DNA of 64,000 nucleotides, taken from NCBI GenBank assembly GCA_963817605.1, contig CAWFOV010000007.1, positions 37,792-101,791 of the forward strand, given 5' to 3'. Position 1 is the first letter of the stretch. Every line of letters begins with the position of its first letter. The translations under genes were made by a program, and so were the position numbers. Source of the stretch: an uncultured Solirubrobacterales bacterium. Its GTDB lineage: Bacteria > Actinomycetota > Thermoleophilia > Solirubrobacterales > Solirubrobacteraceae. Of this stretch, positions 12,001 to 23,000 are shown piece by piece. Under the pieces are notes generated by a model. That model did no database searches, was not told the DNA's origin, and saw only the letters and a list, made by a program, of their open reading frames with translations.

Positions 12001-13306
12001 TCGCCACCGGCGCCCAATGTGACGCGCACTTCGCTGGCCGGTGCCGTCGTCGCATCCGGCACGACGGCGCTTGACCCGAATGCGTTGACCACGCCCGTCT
12101 GCTGCGCGGAGTCATAGTCGCCGATGTAGACCCTGCCGCTGGCTGCGTCGGCCGCGACGCTCCGCGGCGAGGTGAACGGCCCCGCAGACGTGCCCGTCAA
12201 TCGCGTCAGGTATTCGCCTTTGGCGTTGAACTGCTCGACGATCTCTTGCTGACTTCTTCAACGACGTAGATGTCGCCATCGCCGTTGACCGCCATCGGAC
12301 CGATGCGCTGGAAGGATTCTCCCGGCGCTCCTTCGATCGAGAACAGGAAGTTGTAGACGCCCGGCAGGCCGCCCGCCGGTTCGAACACGTCGACGAGGCA
12401 TTCTGCTTTGCCTTCTGCGCAGTCTTCCGGCCCGTCCGCTACGAGCACGTCCCCGTTCACGGGCGACACCGCGACGCCTCTCACTTCGGTAAAGGGCACG
12501 AGTTTGCTACCCGCGCACGGCAGCGCTTCCCCTGCTGTTTCACACGTGCCCGTCAGCTGCGCGATCACCCCGGCCGGTTCTTTGCCCCCTGCTTGGGCTG
12601 TGAGCACGTTGACCACGTTTTCGCTGGTGAAGTTAGACGAGGCCAGGTAGAGGTCGCCGTGCGTTTCTAGGTTTGGCGATGCGTTGACCGCCACGCCCCT
12701 GAGCTGGTTGAAGCTTTTCTCTGGCGTGTTTGTTCCGCTCCACACGCCTTCGGGTTGAAGTTTCCCTGACGGCCCGAACACCGCCAGCACGTTCTGCCCT
12801 TTCCGCCCCGCGCCGACGTAGACCTGTTCTTCACCGCCTGCATGTCCCACCGCGACCGCGCCGCTCAGATGTTCCACTTCTTCTTCTTCGCCAAGCTGTG
12901 GCGCCACGAAATTCCCGCTTGAGCCATCGAACTCGTTGACTCTCGACTTGCCGAGGTTTTTGCCGCCTTCTATTCGCTCGGCCACCCATAGATGCCCGGA
13001 GTCAGTCATAAGCGCGCTCACGCCGCTCAGCGGGCCCGCGATGCACGCAGGCGGAGCGGGACGACAGCTAGGCGGAGCGCCTTTGGCGAGCTGGGTTGTG
13101 AGTTCGGGGAGGAACTGGTGTGTGATCGCAGCCTTGGCGTCCGTGCCCGTGTAGGCCAGGCCGAAGGCCATCACGCCGAGCGACGTCAAGCATCCCACCA
13201 GCGCTCTCTGCGATATCACACCGCCGCCACGCCGCAAGCGCGACGCCCGCGGAGTCTGAGTACTCCAACTCACGATCGGCAATCCCCTTCTCGATTCGCG
13301 TAGCAT
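9093..13306 (-). CDS. Large secreted protein with NHL/beta-propeller repeats, FN3-like domains and a TolB-like propeller (frameshift near 12245)
   Basis: ORFs 12206..13306 and 9093..12200 join in the frame IVEQFNAKGEYLTRLTGT; GVAV...GDLY repeats; GLLPGTLYHYRVVA; basic C-terminal tail. Confidence 0.8.
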
Positions 13307-13523
13307 GCCCTCTCACGCCCCAACAGCCACCAACACGGTCCGCTGAAACCAAACACAGCCTAGGCTCGCTCGGCACGCCCGAACAAGGGGCGTCTCCCAC
13401 TGCACGTGGCGCAAACCTGTGCTCAGTCCGGCGATCGTCCTTCGCTCGCCGGCTCGCGCAGATAGCGGTGCGCGGAGCCATATGGCTCCGCGCACCTTTC
13501 ACCGCGTCAAAAGCTACGCGATA

Positions 13524-14248
13524 TTACTGGTCGGCGAATATTGCTGTCGCCTGCTCCGCCTGTAAGGCGGTGACCGTGCCTAACCCTTCTTGCACCGAAG
13601 GCACCTCGCTTGCCGCCATGTTGATCGACGATTTCAGCACCGGGACAATCGGAGTGACGCACGGGTCTGCCGCGCACCATTCCTCGGTTGGTTCGGGTTT
13701 GCCACCCGTTTCTTTCCCGAGGCAGTGGAATTCGTGCGTGGCCTTTTTGACTTCTGCTTCTAAGTGTAAGCAGAGCGTTTCGCCGGCTAACACTTCAATT
13801 AAGATGATCGAGCACGAGAAATGCACCGCGTTGTTTAAGAAGAGCACAGCAGACTGGGTTAAGGCGAACGCTCCGCCTTTTTCTCTATCCCAGACTAAGT
13901 GCCATTCGCCTAAGGCTAAGATGACGCCCGGTCGCCTCTCCTAAGCCCGTGCATTTTACGGTGATACCACCAGTTGTCGGTGGCACATTCTTCGAACGCG
14001 ATGTGGAATAAGCCTTTCGGCGGTTTGCTCGAGGTTTCCGTGCCTTCGCCTTTCGCTTTTTCGCAAATGATCGGGTTCTGTCCTTCGGCTTTGAACGTGG
14101 TTTTGCCGACGTTTTTCCCTACCCAAGTCCTCGTCGTCGAGGCCGGTAAGTTTTCCGGTAAGTTGAGCGCGAATGCCGAGTTCGCCAGCGCCGCGGTCGA
14201 TGCGAAGACCGCCACGAGCGCCAGGCCCAGCAGCTTAAATCGTCTCAT
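13524..14248 (-). CDS. Secreted Cys-containing protein, paralogue 2 (frameshifts at about 13930-13980)
   Basis: Same signal peptide and core (ETLCLHLEAEVKKA..EFHC, EEWCAADPCVTP) as paralogue 1. Confidence 0.75.
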
Positions 14249-14648
14249 TGCAGAATGCTCCTTCATCTTGATGATTGCTTGGCGGAGCTCAAGCCGTCTG
14301 CACAACAGATCCGACGGACGCATCGAGCCCCGTCGCGGATGCGGTTCCATGATTCCGAGGAACCGAACGACGCCGATTACTGTCTCACCGCTCTCAGGAT
14401 GCGTCAAGCTATGTCTCCAGCGCCGTGCGGACGTGGAGCGATCCGTCGGGCCGGCGCTTTGAGGGCGGGGATTGCGGACTTGCGGAGTCGCGGCGACGCA
14501 CTCCACTTCGTCGACGACGCGCATGCCTTTCTTTTTGGCCCACCCGGAGGACTGTCTAAGCCTGCCGATAGCCCAGCCAAGCTGGCCGGGCTATCAGCGA
14601 CCGAGCGTCGCTAGTGCTAGCGAGAGTCCCTAGGGCCTGGGGTATTGC

Positions 14649-15165
14649 TTACTGATCCGCGAATATTTCTACTGGCGCTCCTCCTTGTAACGCGGTCATC
14701 GTCCCTAACCCTTCTAAGACACCTGGCACCTCGCTCGCCGACATGTTGATCGATGATTTCAGGGCCGGAGTGATCGGCGTGACGCAGGGGTCCGCCGCGC
14801 ACCATTCCTCGGTCGGTTTGGGTACGCCATTCACTACTTCGCCAAAGCAGTGGAATTCGTGCGTAGCCTTTTTCACTTCTGCTTCTAAGTGTAAGCAGAG
14901 CGTTTCGCCGGCTAAGAGTTCAGCTAACACAATAGAGCACGAATAGTGCGCCGCGTTGTTTAATAAGAGGAGTGCGGACTGGGTTAAGGCGAACGTGCCA
15001 CCTTTTAGCCTATCCCAGACTAAGTGCCATTCGCCTAAGACTAAGATGACTCCTGTGGCCTCGCCTAAGCCCGTGCATTTTACTTTGATGCCGCCAGCTT
15101 CCTCCGTGCATTCTTCGAAGGAGATGTGGAATAAGCCTAACGGCGGTTTGCTTGAGGTTTCCGTG
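14649..15165 (-). pseudogene. Secreted Cys-containing protein, paralogue 3, 5'-truncated
   Basis: Homology to paralogues 1 and 2 ends abruptly at about 15165 (ETSSKPP region). Confidence 0.7.
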
Positions 15166-15371
15166 GGCGCGCACCGACCCTACGTACACCGCCGCAATGT
15201 TGCGGATCTGTTCTGCGGAGTTTGGGAGCCTCGCGGTTGGGCTGTGCCCGCATGCATAGAGCGTGCGGGCGGCAAGCCTCGGTCAGTCCATCGATTGCGT
15301 GAACGCCGCCACACCTTCCCTTTGATAACGAGGTGGTCGCCCAGGGAAGGTGTGGCGCGTACGACTCCTTC

Positions 15372-16103
15372 TTATCCCCTCACGGCCCAACTGCCGAGGA
15401 AATGCGATTCAGATTCAGTGATGACGACGAGCACGGCTCCCGTCGGCCCAGCGCCTCCTCCGGCGAAGCCGATCGCGCCGGGTTTGAGGATGAAGACTCC
15501 GCCGGTGCCTCCGACGGGCGAGGAGAGACCGCCTTCGAATACGCACAGGAATCCGGCGTCGGCAACGGGTTCTTCTGCATCACCAGAGCAGCCTTCGGGC
15601 AGTTTCGTTTCAGCTTCGGCTTTTGTAATGTACAGAGCGTGGCTTCCGTCCAAAGGCCCCGCGAGCTGGATCGGGAACGAGATCGTGGCGACCTGGTTTT
15701 CCGAGCCGGGCGATGTAGACCATGTGCCTGTCTCGGTGGCACTTGCAGGCAGGGTGTTGTTAGGAGTCCACGGTTGACCTTCTGGGCCTTCTTCGCCGTT
15801 TTTGCCCGGCGACCCCTGCGGACCTTCTTTGCCCTGCGCGCCCGCTGAACCAGACGGACCCTGCGGACCACCGGCACCCTGCGGGCCACCGGCACCCTGC
15901 GGGCCACCGGCACCGGGGGCGCCGTTTGCGCCGGGCTTACCGTTTGCCCCTTTCAATGCCTTGAGCACCGCAGGGCTGATCTGCTTCGTCGAAGTAATCC
16001 AATAGCGTTTTGCGGCATAGGCGCCGCCGGTCATCGCGAAGACAAGGGCTATGACGGCCACAAGACTCGTCGCGTTGATGTGTCTGCGTACGGCATTGAG
16101 CAT
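15372..16103 (-). CDS. Collagen-like secreted protein
   Basis: Signal-like ALVFAMTGGAYAA, Gly-X-Y run (GAGGPQ x3, GKEGPQGSPGKNGEEGPEG), globular C-terminal domain. Confidence 0.8.
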   Translation of the reverse strand: MLNAVRRHINATSLVAVIALVFAMTGGAYAAKRYWITSTKQISPAVLKALKGANGKPGANGAPGAGGPQGAGGPQGAGGPQGPSGSAGAQGKEGPQGSPGKNGEEGPEGQPWTPNNTLPASATETGTWSTSPGSENQVATISFPIQLAGPLDGSHALYITKAEAETKLPEGCSGDAEEPVADAGFLCVFEGGLSSPVGGTGGVFILKPGAIGFAGGGAGPTGAVLVVITESESHFLGSWAVRG

Positions 16104-16398
16104 CGATTCAGCTCTCCTTCAGGGTCGTGTGGCTTTTGAGTGGTGCGGCGAGCCGGTCGAACCATGACCCTGTTCGTGCCTATCCACTAGGAACCCCCTC
16201 TACACCACGCCTGCGGCGCGACGACCTCCACGTCCTACGTGCCCTCGATGAGACAGCGCAGCACCTGGCAGCGATCGCCGCAATGTAAGACTTGATGCGA
16301 TGCTAGGCCCCCGCGTCTTCGGGGACAAGACGCGTTTCTAATTAGGAGGTCACGCTAGATAACTTCAGCGTCAGAAGGCGGTGATTCCACCCTCCCCC

Positions 16399-17284
16399 TC
16401 ACTGCTTAGCGCAAGCCGGGAGATTGATGCAGCGCCCGGTGGCAAGGGTCGCCACCTGCTCCAGCAAAACCGCGGGGGAAGGGGAGGCGGCCGTGGCGGG
16501 GGCTTCGCCGTGAAACTGCTTGCAGCGTTCGACCACATAGCCTGGGCGGCAGTCAGTCTTGGCCGTCCAGGCCGCTTCGCTTCGAAGCAGGCTCGTCATC
16601 CCGGCCTTGCCCAGCGACTTGACCTTGGCCAGGACCTTCTGCGAGAGCAGGTTCTTCTTGATCAGCAGCAGTTCGTCAGAGGTGCTTATCCGCCTGGCGG
16701 CCTGACTGCGGCTCAGCTCGGCTCGGTTGGGATGGCGCAAGGCCATGGCCTGGTCGTAGTACTTGAGGACTTCCGCGTCGCTTGCCGTAAAGCCCTCGTC
16801 ACCGGCCACGCCGAGAAACCACTGGACCTCGACAAGTAACATCGCCGCCTGGGCTCTCAGCGCCCGATAGAGCTGGCGGCATTTGCCCAGCAGCTGCACG
16901 CCCGAGGCCTGGGAGACTTTGACCGGCGAGGCCGCAGCGGCGGCTTCAAGGCGCGCCACGCAGGCGCCATAGGCACGGCGGGTCTGAGACCAGACCCGCC
17001 GGTATCGTCTGTCCGTCTGACAGTTCGTGATAGTCGCCGGCGGCGACGATCGCCATCCAGTGGCTGATCTGGGCCTTTGTGATCGGCGTGGAGCCCACCC
17101 GGATGACGACTTCGCCAGAACCAGGGCTGGTCGGGACCGTGGCCGTCGCGCTTGCGCTCGTAGCGCTACCCGGGCGCGCCGAGCCGCTGGCGCTTGACCC
17201 GCCGCCACCGCAGGCTGTGATCGTCACGGCGAGCAGCGCTGTCGCGGCGAGCACTGCCAATAGCTTGCCTGATCGCCCGAGCAC
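16399..17284 (-). CDS. PrsA/SurA-N-like lipoprotein lacking the parvulin domain (frameshift near 16975)
   Basis: Lipobox ITAC, VIRVGSTPITKAQISHW, VSDPP, C-terminal WTAKTDCRPGYVVERCKQF. Confidence 0.65.
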
Positions 17285-17465
17285 GATGGGCGGGACGTTA
17301 CCCCGCGAAGTGGTGGATGTATAGATTTGTTTCTGTGTTCGGAACTTATGGTGGGAGACATTTTGATGGATGTCTTGACGCTCAACCGCACATCAAGAGA
17401 TACTTCCGGCTCTCGCGAGCTGCGCCACTGCCACGCCCAAGGTAGCTTCACGCTGAGACGACACC

Positions 17466-18290
17466 GTGCCCACATTTCTTACTACGCTGACAGGCACCCG
17501 CGACCGCAGTTCGGGTGAAACCCGACCACACATCCGAGCTGGCTTTACCCTACGGAAGCTCACTCGCACCGTCGGCCTAATTGCCGCAATTGGTGCGGCC
17601 GGTGCGACGGCGACTGGCTGCGCCAGCGGGATGCCAGCCGATGCAGTGGCGGAAGTGGATGGCACGGTCATTACCAAGAGCGCATTCAGACACTGGCTGC
17701 ACGTCGCTGCGGTCAGAGACTATGACTTGCACGCCCAAACTCCCGTTCCCTCCGGAGTCGTGCCCGATCCACCGCGTTATGTGCTGTGCGTCGCACATTT
17801 ACAGGCACTCGCTGCGCAGCCGTCGACGGCGGGGCTAGTCCAAACGAACGTGCCTTTTAAGAAGCAGTGTGAAGAACGTTACGAATCGCTGCGCCAGCAG
17901 ACGCTCGGCTCGTTGATCTCGGCTTATTGGCTGATCAGCGAAGGCAAAGCACGCGGGCTGGTCGCTACCGACAAGGCGGTGAGACAGTTCTTAGAAATGA
18001 CTTTGAAAGGTCAGTATTCGACGAAGGCAGAATTTGAAAGTTCCCTCGCCAACAGTGGAGAAACGATCGCTGACCAAGTATTTCGCGCCAAGATAAAGGT
18101 CTTTTCGATCAAAATCGAAAAGCAGTACAAAGCCAACGACGATGGCTCTGGGGTCAACTCGGCGTACGGGAAGTTCATTACCCGCTTTCCCAAGAAGTGG
18201 GCGCCAAAGACGAACTGCCGCAAGGGATATGTCGTCCCCAACTGCAAGCAGTACAGAGGGAAGCTCGCTCCCGAAGTGCAGCTTCTGTAG
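17466..18290 (+). CDS. PrsA/SurA-N-like lipoprotein lacking the parvulin domain
   Basis: ATGC lipobox, VAEVDGTVITKSAFRHW, VPDPP, KWAPKTNCRKGYVVPNCKQY; the true start may be downstream. Confidence 0.7.
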   Translation: MPTFLTTLTGTRDRSSGETRPHIRAGFTLRKLTRTVGLIAAIGAAGATATGCASGMPADAVAEVDGTVITKSAFRHWLHVAAVRDYDLHAQTPVPSGVVPDPPRYVLCVAHLQALAAQPSTAGLVQTNVPFKKQCEERYESLRQQTLGSLISAYWLISEGKARGLVATDKAVRQFLEMTLKGQYSTKAEFESSLANSGETIADQVFRAKIKVFSIKIEKQYKANDDGSGVNSAYGKFITRFPKKWAPKTNCRKGYVVPNCKQYRGKLAPEVQLL

Positions 18291-18359
18291 GTCACGACGA
18301 CCGGACTTGACGACGTCAACACATTGCGACAGCGTGAAATCGCGGAGAGGCAGGCACAA

Positions 18360-19084
18360 GTGCCCGGCATAAGTCGTCGTCTAGTCGCGATCTGCTTCGC
18401 GCTCGTTGCGGTCGTGGGCTCAGCAGGATGCGGCACGAGTGGGGATGCCGTCGTGGCCCAGGTGGGCACCCATTCGATCACCAAGGCGACGCTCGATCAT
18501 TGGACGGCGATCGAGGCCGTCCTTTCCTACCAAACCAGTCCGACTGGCCCAGTGCCAAAGGGAGTAGTGCCAGATCCTCCCAACTATGTTGCAGCTGCGT
18601 CGCCTATTTACGGACGGCTGTAGCCAAACTCGTTGTCAAACCCGCGCACGCTCCGACCGATAGCGATCTCAAGCGGGCGTGCGAGCAGCAGCGCAAATTG
18701 CTCCAGCAACACGTGCTGGACATCCTGATAACCAACTATTGGCTCAGTGGTGAAGGCGCCGCGAAGGGATTCGCCGTGACCGACGCGGAAGTCAAGCAGA
18801 CTATCGACCGGCAGTTTGCCAGCCCAGCGGCGTTCCACCGCTTCCTTGCGATCACCGGCGAGAGCGCATCTGACGAGCGGCTTTTGCTCAGGGGCGATCT
18901 GATGGCGACAAAGCTCCAGCAGGCGGCGGCCGGGGAGAAGGGCCTTAGCGCCTCGCAGCAGGCCCTGGCGAAGTTCATCAACGATTTCTCGGCGAAGTGG
19001 TCCGCGCGCACGAGCTGTAAGCCAGGCTATGTCGTGCAGGAGTGCAGGCAGTACAAAGGCGCCAAGTCGGCGGCAGGGCTCTAG
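18360..19084 (+). CDS. PrsA/SurA-N-like lipoprotein (frameshift near 18600)
   Basis: SAGC lipobox, VAQVGTHSITKATLDHW, VPDPP, KWSARTSCKPGYVVQECRQY. Confidence 0.7.
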
Positions 19085-19118
19085 GCGCTCGACGCTATCG
19101 AGCTTCCCGGTTCTTGAG

Positions 19119-19590
19119 TCAATCCTCCAGCGCCACGGCGGGAGAGACTCCGGCGGCCAAGTATCCAGGCAGTGCAATGGCCACCTCGGCGGCGGCGAGC
19201 ACCAGGCCGAGACTGGCCAGCGTGGCGACGAGAGCGAACGAGTGGACGACGGGGAAGTTGATGACGTTCGCGAGCGCGCGGTCGAGCAGCTGCTGACCGT
19301 AGAGGCCGAAGATGGCCCCGCTCGCGCAGCCGACGCCGAGCAGCAGGATGCTCTCCAGCAAGACCGTGCGCCACAGCTCGGCGCGGGTGAAGCCCTCGAG
19401 CTTGAGCTTTGCCAGCCGCGGGCGGCGCTGCCAGACCATCGTGCCCATCGCCGCCGCCATCGCAAGCACCGCGCCGATCATGATCAACACCGCGATCTGC
19501 GTGAGGCGTTCCAGCCCTTGACGGCTCAGCGTTTGCTGGCGGTTGGCGATGCCCTGGCCTGCGATGTCGGGCGCGGACGAGGTCAACTGG
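19119..19590 (-). pseudogene. C-terminal fragment of an FtsX-like ABC transporter permease
   Basis: QRRPRLAKLKLEG...LLES pattern, three TM segments and an SPAVALED end; cut by an AT-rich segment at about 19600. Confidence 0.7.
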
Positions 19591-19884
19591 TCAAGGCTGC
19601 CGGTAATTAATTATTAATACATATTAGTTTTGAGCTGTATGCTCGACTGTCTAATACTTCACTTGTTAAATGGGGAAAACAGCAACACTCCCATTGCTGT
19701 TGTTCAAAGGAAGCTTCTTTTTTCATCTTCCTTATAGTTTTACCCAAAAACCACAAAACTGATGCGGAATCTAAAGAACTTAGGTGGAGCAAAAGGTTTG
19801 TGGTCTAACGGCCGTTAGCAAGAAAAATCTTTCTGACGTTTACTTTGCCGTTTTGGGTATTCATTTGCTTCGGCATCTAGACAT

Positions 19885-19954
19885 ACCCACCATCCCAACC
19901 CCCGACCCTACACCGTCCTTGGGACGGGAAAATAGCGGCTGCTTAGGACACTTC
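19885..19954 (+). repeat. Dispersed non-coding repeat family, copy
   Basis: acccaccatccc...accgtccttgggacgggaaaata..ggc.gcttaggacacttc; near-identical to 20719..20786. Confidence 0.8.
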
Positions 19955-19978
19955 CTTCTCTTGAGGGGATTCTGGACA

Positions 19979-19992
19979 CGAACGTATGTTCT
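19979..19992. promoter_or_regulatory. Putative LexA (SOS) box
   Basis: CGAACGTATGTTCT matches the Gram-positive GAAC-N4-GTTC box, about 30 bp upstream of the ATG at 20021. Confidence 0.5.
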
Positions 19993-20020
19993 GTCGCAGG
20001 GCTTGCGTAGCTTCCCGGGC

Positions 20021-20266
20021 ATGACCTCCCCCACGCCCACATCTCAAAGCAAACGGCACGGCGATCCTTCGGATCTCCTCGCCCTCACCCTGCGATTCGC
20101 CACCTCGGCCTATTTGGCTTCAGAGCGATACCTGGCGAGCGCTCAGACACCGGAGCCAGAGCCCGCACCCCCATTCCAAGCACTCGCCAGACCCCTGCGC
20201 AGAACAGCTCCATCCACCCCACCCCGCCTCATCGTAGGACAAGCCCTCGACCGCCTAGCCGCATAA
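20021..20266 (+). CDS. Small hypothetical protein
   Basis: ATG downstream of the putative SOS box; no recognisable domain. Confidence 0.35.
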   Translation: MTSPTPTSQSKRHGDPSDLLALTLRFATSAYLASERYLASAQTPEPEPAPPFQALARPLRRTAPSTPPRLIVGQALDRLAA

Positions 20267-20386
20267 CGGGCTGGCTTACCCCAAAACTTCGGGAACCCCC
20301 TCAGCACGCAAACCCGGCTCCCCGTGCTGACGGGGAACCCGAAGAAACCCCCAAACCCACCCACTCCTCAATCCGCCCGTCCGGTC

Positions 20387-20584
20387 ATGACAACCAAGGC
20401 ACAACTACACCACCTCATCGACCACCTCCCCGACGACACACCAGACACCACCAGACGGCTACAAGTAGCCCAACAGCTGCTTGAACCTTCGACTTCTTAT
20501 CCGCCGCCTCTTGACGCCGACCTCATCCCCCACCTCGGCGAAGCCATCGACATCCTCACAAGCAACGACTACATATGCGGGTGA
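20387..20584 (+). CDS. Small antitoxin-like protein
   Basis: MTTKAQLHHLIDHLPDDTP is homologous to MATKEHLHKLIDELPDGTP at 23953. Confidence 0.55.
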   Translation: MTTKAQLHHLIDHLPDDTPDTTRRLQVAQQLLEPSTSYPPPLDADLIPHLGEAIDILTSNDYICG

Positions 20585-20594
20585 GGACAGCGAC

Positions 20595-20629
20595 CTAGAG
20601 AAAGACCTCACGGTGAGGTCTTTCTCTAG
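20595..20629. terminator. Perfect 16-bp inverted repeat
   Basis: CTAGAGAAAGACCTCA-CGG-TGAGGTCTTTCTCTAG, 10 bp after the stop at 20584. Confidence 0.65.
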
Positions 20630-20718
20630 TGGTGGGAGAGCTCGATTGGTAAGACAGCCACGGGTAAGTGGCTAGGCACGAGTTGCGCGGGGAAAGCCCT
20701 AGCTGCTGGCGCTCAGGA

Positions 20719-20860
20719 ACCCACCATCCCGCCCCCACCCTAGACCGTCCTTGGGACGGGAAAATACCGGCCGCTTAGGACACTTCGGCGGCGCGGTGGT
20801 TCCAGGCACATATGTTCCAGGCACATATAGATCACGCGCGTGGAACGTTAAGGAGGGCGC
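20719..20860 (+). repeat. Dispersed non-coding repeat family, copy
   Basis: 5' half matches 19885..19954; cgcttaggacacttcggcggcgcggtgg matches cgcttaggacggttcagcagcgcggtgg at 25772. Confidence 0.75.
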
Positions 20861-20956
20861 GGGGGGTCTGAAGCCCGGCCTGCGGGGGAGCGTCCAGGCG
20901 CCTACGGTTCTTTCCCCGATCTGCATCTCCTGGGAAAGAAGTGATAGGATGATTGG

Positions 20957-21409
20957 ATGACTAAGCGGGAGCAGCGAGCGCTGGCGGCCGGGTTCATGAC
21001 GCTCGAGGAGACCCTGCACCGCACCGAAGACGCCCTGCAGAACGGCAGCGTCGAGCAAGCGCTTTCAGAGCTACAGGAGACCCAGCACGCGATCGCGGCG
21101 ATGCGACCGGCGGAGATCGACGTTGCACAGGCAGCCACCGCACTGGGAGTCTCAGAGCCAACGGTTCGGGCCTGGGCCCGGCGGGGGCTGATCGACGTGA
21201 TCAGAGAGCGGCCGATGGCCCTGGCCTTCGGAAGCGTCATCGATCTGCGTCGCGATCTAGAGCGACTACGCGAAACGGCCTCAAGCGAGAAGCGCTGGCA
21301 GTCACTGCTCGCAGCCGCGGCAGACCAGCGCGAGCTCACCGAGCCCGGCGCGAGCGAGGGCCTCGCCGAAGCCCTCGCCGGCAACACAGAACCGCTAACG
21401 CGCACGTGA
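20957..21409 (+). CDS. HTH (MerR/excisionase-like) protein, putative antitoxin
   Basis: IDVAQAATALGVSEPTVRAWARRGLI; GTGA overlap with the downstream toxin-like gene. Confidence 0.65.
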   Translation: MTKREQRALAAGFMTLEETLHRTEDALQNGSVEQALSELQETQHAIAAMRPAEIDVAQAATALGVSEPTVRAWARRGLIDVIRERPMALAFGSVIDLRRDLERLRETASSEKRWQSLLAAAADQRELTEPGASEGLAEALAGNTEPLTRT

Positions 21410-21770
21410 CATACACCGTCACGGTCGCCCCACGCGCCAACCCGCGCGTCAAAACGCTTCGCGGGAAAGCCAAGGACAAGTTCTGGGACGCAATCAACCG
21501 ACTGGAACACGAAGGCTGCATCGCCGGGCACTACCGGATGGGGGCACCAGACGGCTCAGACGCCCACGTCTGCGGACTTCGCTTCTACGCCGACTGGCGA
21601 ATGCACATCGTGTTCGCCGAAAACAACGAAATCGTCGTTTCCTGGGTAGGCCAGCACACCGACAAAGAGAACCCGCACATCGACGGAGCCACCGACGTAC
21701 CCGAGCTGGCAGACATCGGGCGCACCCGCACCGACCAGCCACCCTGCTGCGACGAGCCGGCCGAGGCGCG
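21406..21770 (+). CDS. RelE/ParE-like toxin with PPCC tail; 3' end uncertain
   Basis: MTYTVTVAPRA...DWRMHIVFAENNEIVVSWVGQH; runs into an opposite-strand gene at about 21765. Confidence 0.55.
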
Positions 21771-22249
21771 CGGCAGCATAGGTGAGGCTGCCGAGCGTAA
21801 CAGCGAACTCGAGACTCTGGTCAATCTCAGCGAGATGCACCATTACGCCTTGCAACTTGGTTTGTTCCGGAAACACGCGCGGCGCAACTGCGCTGAGGTC
21901 GATCTTGTGATCTGTCAACTCTGCGAGCGTCGCGTGCATTTCTGACACGTCGACCTGAAGGTCAAATGCTGAGCTGATCAGCAGCAAGACGTTTTGATTG
22001 ATGCGTGCCACTCGCTCCCCAGCTATGCGCAACACGGCTCGTTCCCGTCTCGTTGCCTCGATCTGGACGCTGGCGTCCACCAAGCCGGAGGCGAACATGG
22101 TGCTCGCGACGCCGATCCAGACCGCCTTCCAGGTCGTGCCATTAGCCACTGACACCAGGTAGACGCTGATAAGGCCTGCGATGGCCAGCAGAATCGGCAC
22201 GGCATGTCGAAGGCGTAGGCTCGCAATCGCCGCGTCAAGCGTCCTCATA
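21765..22249 (-). CDS. Membrane protein, hypothetical (possibly 3'-truncated)
   Basis: Two TM segments after MRTLDAAI... Confidence 0.45.
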
Positions 22250-22918
22250 GTAAATCTCCATTCGGAACTGATCTGGGATCGTCCCCACGCGTTCGAGATG
22301 CAGCGAGGTGTCCGAAAAGCCCTTGACCAACAGTTGCCTGCGTCGCCACGGGGGACCCCATCGAACCCACTTGGGAATGTCCTCCCGGCGAACGATGCGA
22401 TCACAAGGCTCACAAAACCGAATGGCAACGGGTTTGCCGTGTACACTTGTGCCCTGAATCTCAACCGTCTGCAACGGGTTGGCCATACCCACGTCGAACT
22501 GAACCTCGTTCGGTTCTCCCACATTACCCCGACGACGAGTCGTCAACGACGCCCTCATATGCAGGCCTCCGCGCCCCTCGGTCGCTCCATCGAGTTCGTC
22601 CCAAAGGCGAAACGAGCCAACCAAAAGGACCACCAGCAACGCAATCACGACGACCGCACCCGTGAGCCACACGCCGGCCCCGAGAACCAGCGCAACGGCA
22701 CCCGCGGCGGTGATGACTCCCAAGCCCGTCACGAGACCCCATGCCCCCTTGAGCGGCTTCCAGAGCGCAAGTAGGCCCGTTCCCACGGAGAGCGCAAGGA
22801 ACGAGAAGATCCGCCGCGTCTTCCTGCTCACTCGTTCCCACCAGGACACGCCCACATCATTGCGGGTTGCCAGCGGGAACGGAGGAAACGCCGGATTTGA
22901 TTCCAACCCAACTCGCAA
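22235..22918 (-). CDS. Membrane protein, hypothetical
   Basis: N-terminal TM segments; the stop overlaps the next start. Confidence 0.5.
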   Translation of the reverse strand: MRVGLESNPAFPPFPLATRNDVGVSWWERVSRKTRRIFSFLALSVGTGLLALWKPLKGAWGLVTGLGVITAAGAVALVLGAGVWLTGAVVVIALLVVLLVGSFRLWDELDGATEGRGGLHMRASLTTRRRGNVGEPNEVQFDVGMANPLQTVEIQGTSVHGKPVAIRFCEPCDRIVRREDIPKWVRWGPPWRRRQLLVKGFSDTSLHLERVGTIPDQFRMEIYYEDA

Positions 22919-23000
22919 CTAGGAGATGCGCCCGGAAGTTCGCCGCGCTGATTGCAGGGTGGCAACGCAGATGCCAACACGGTGCGCTGATTGCCGTCCC

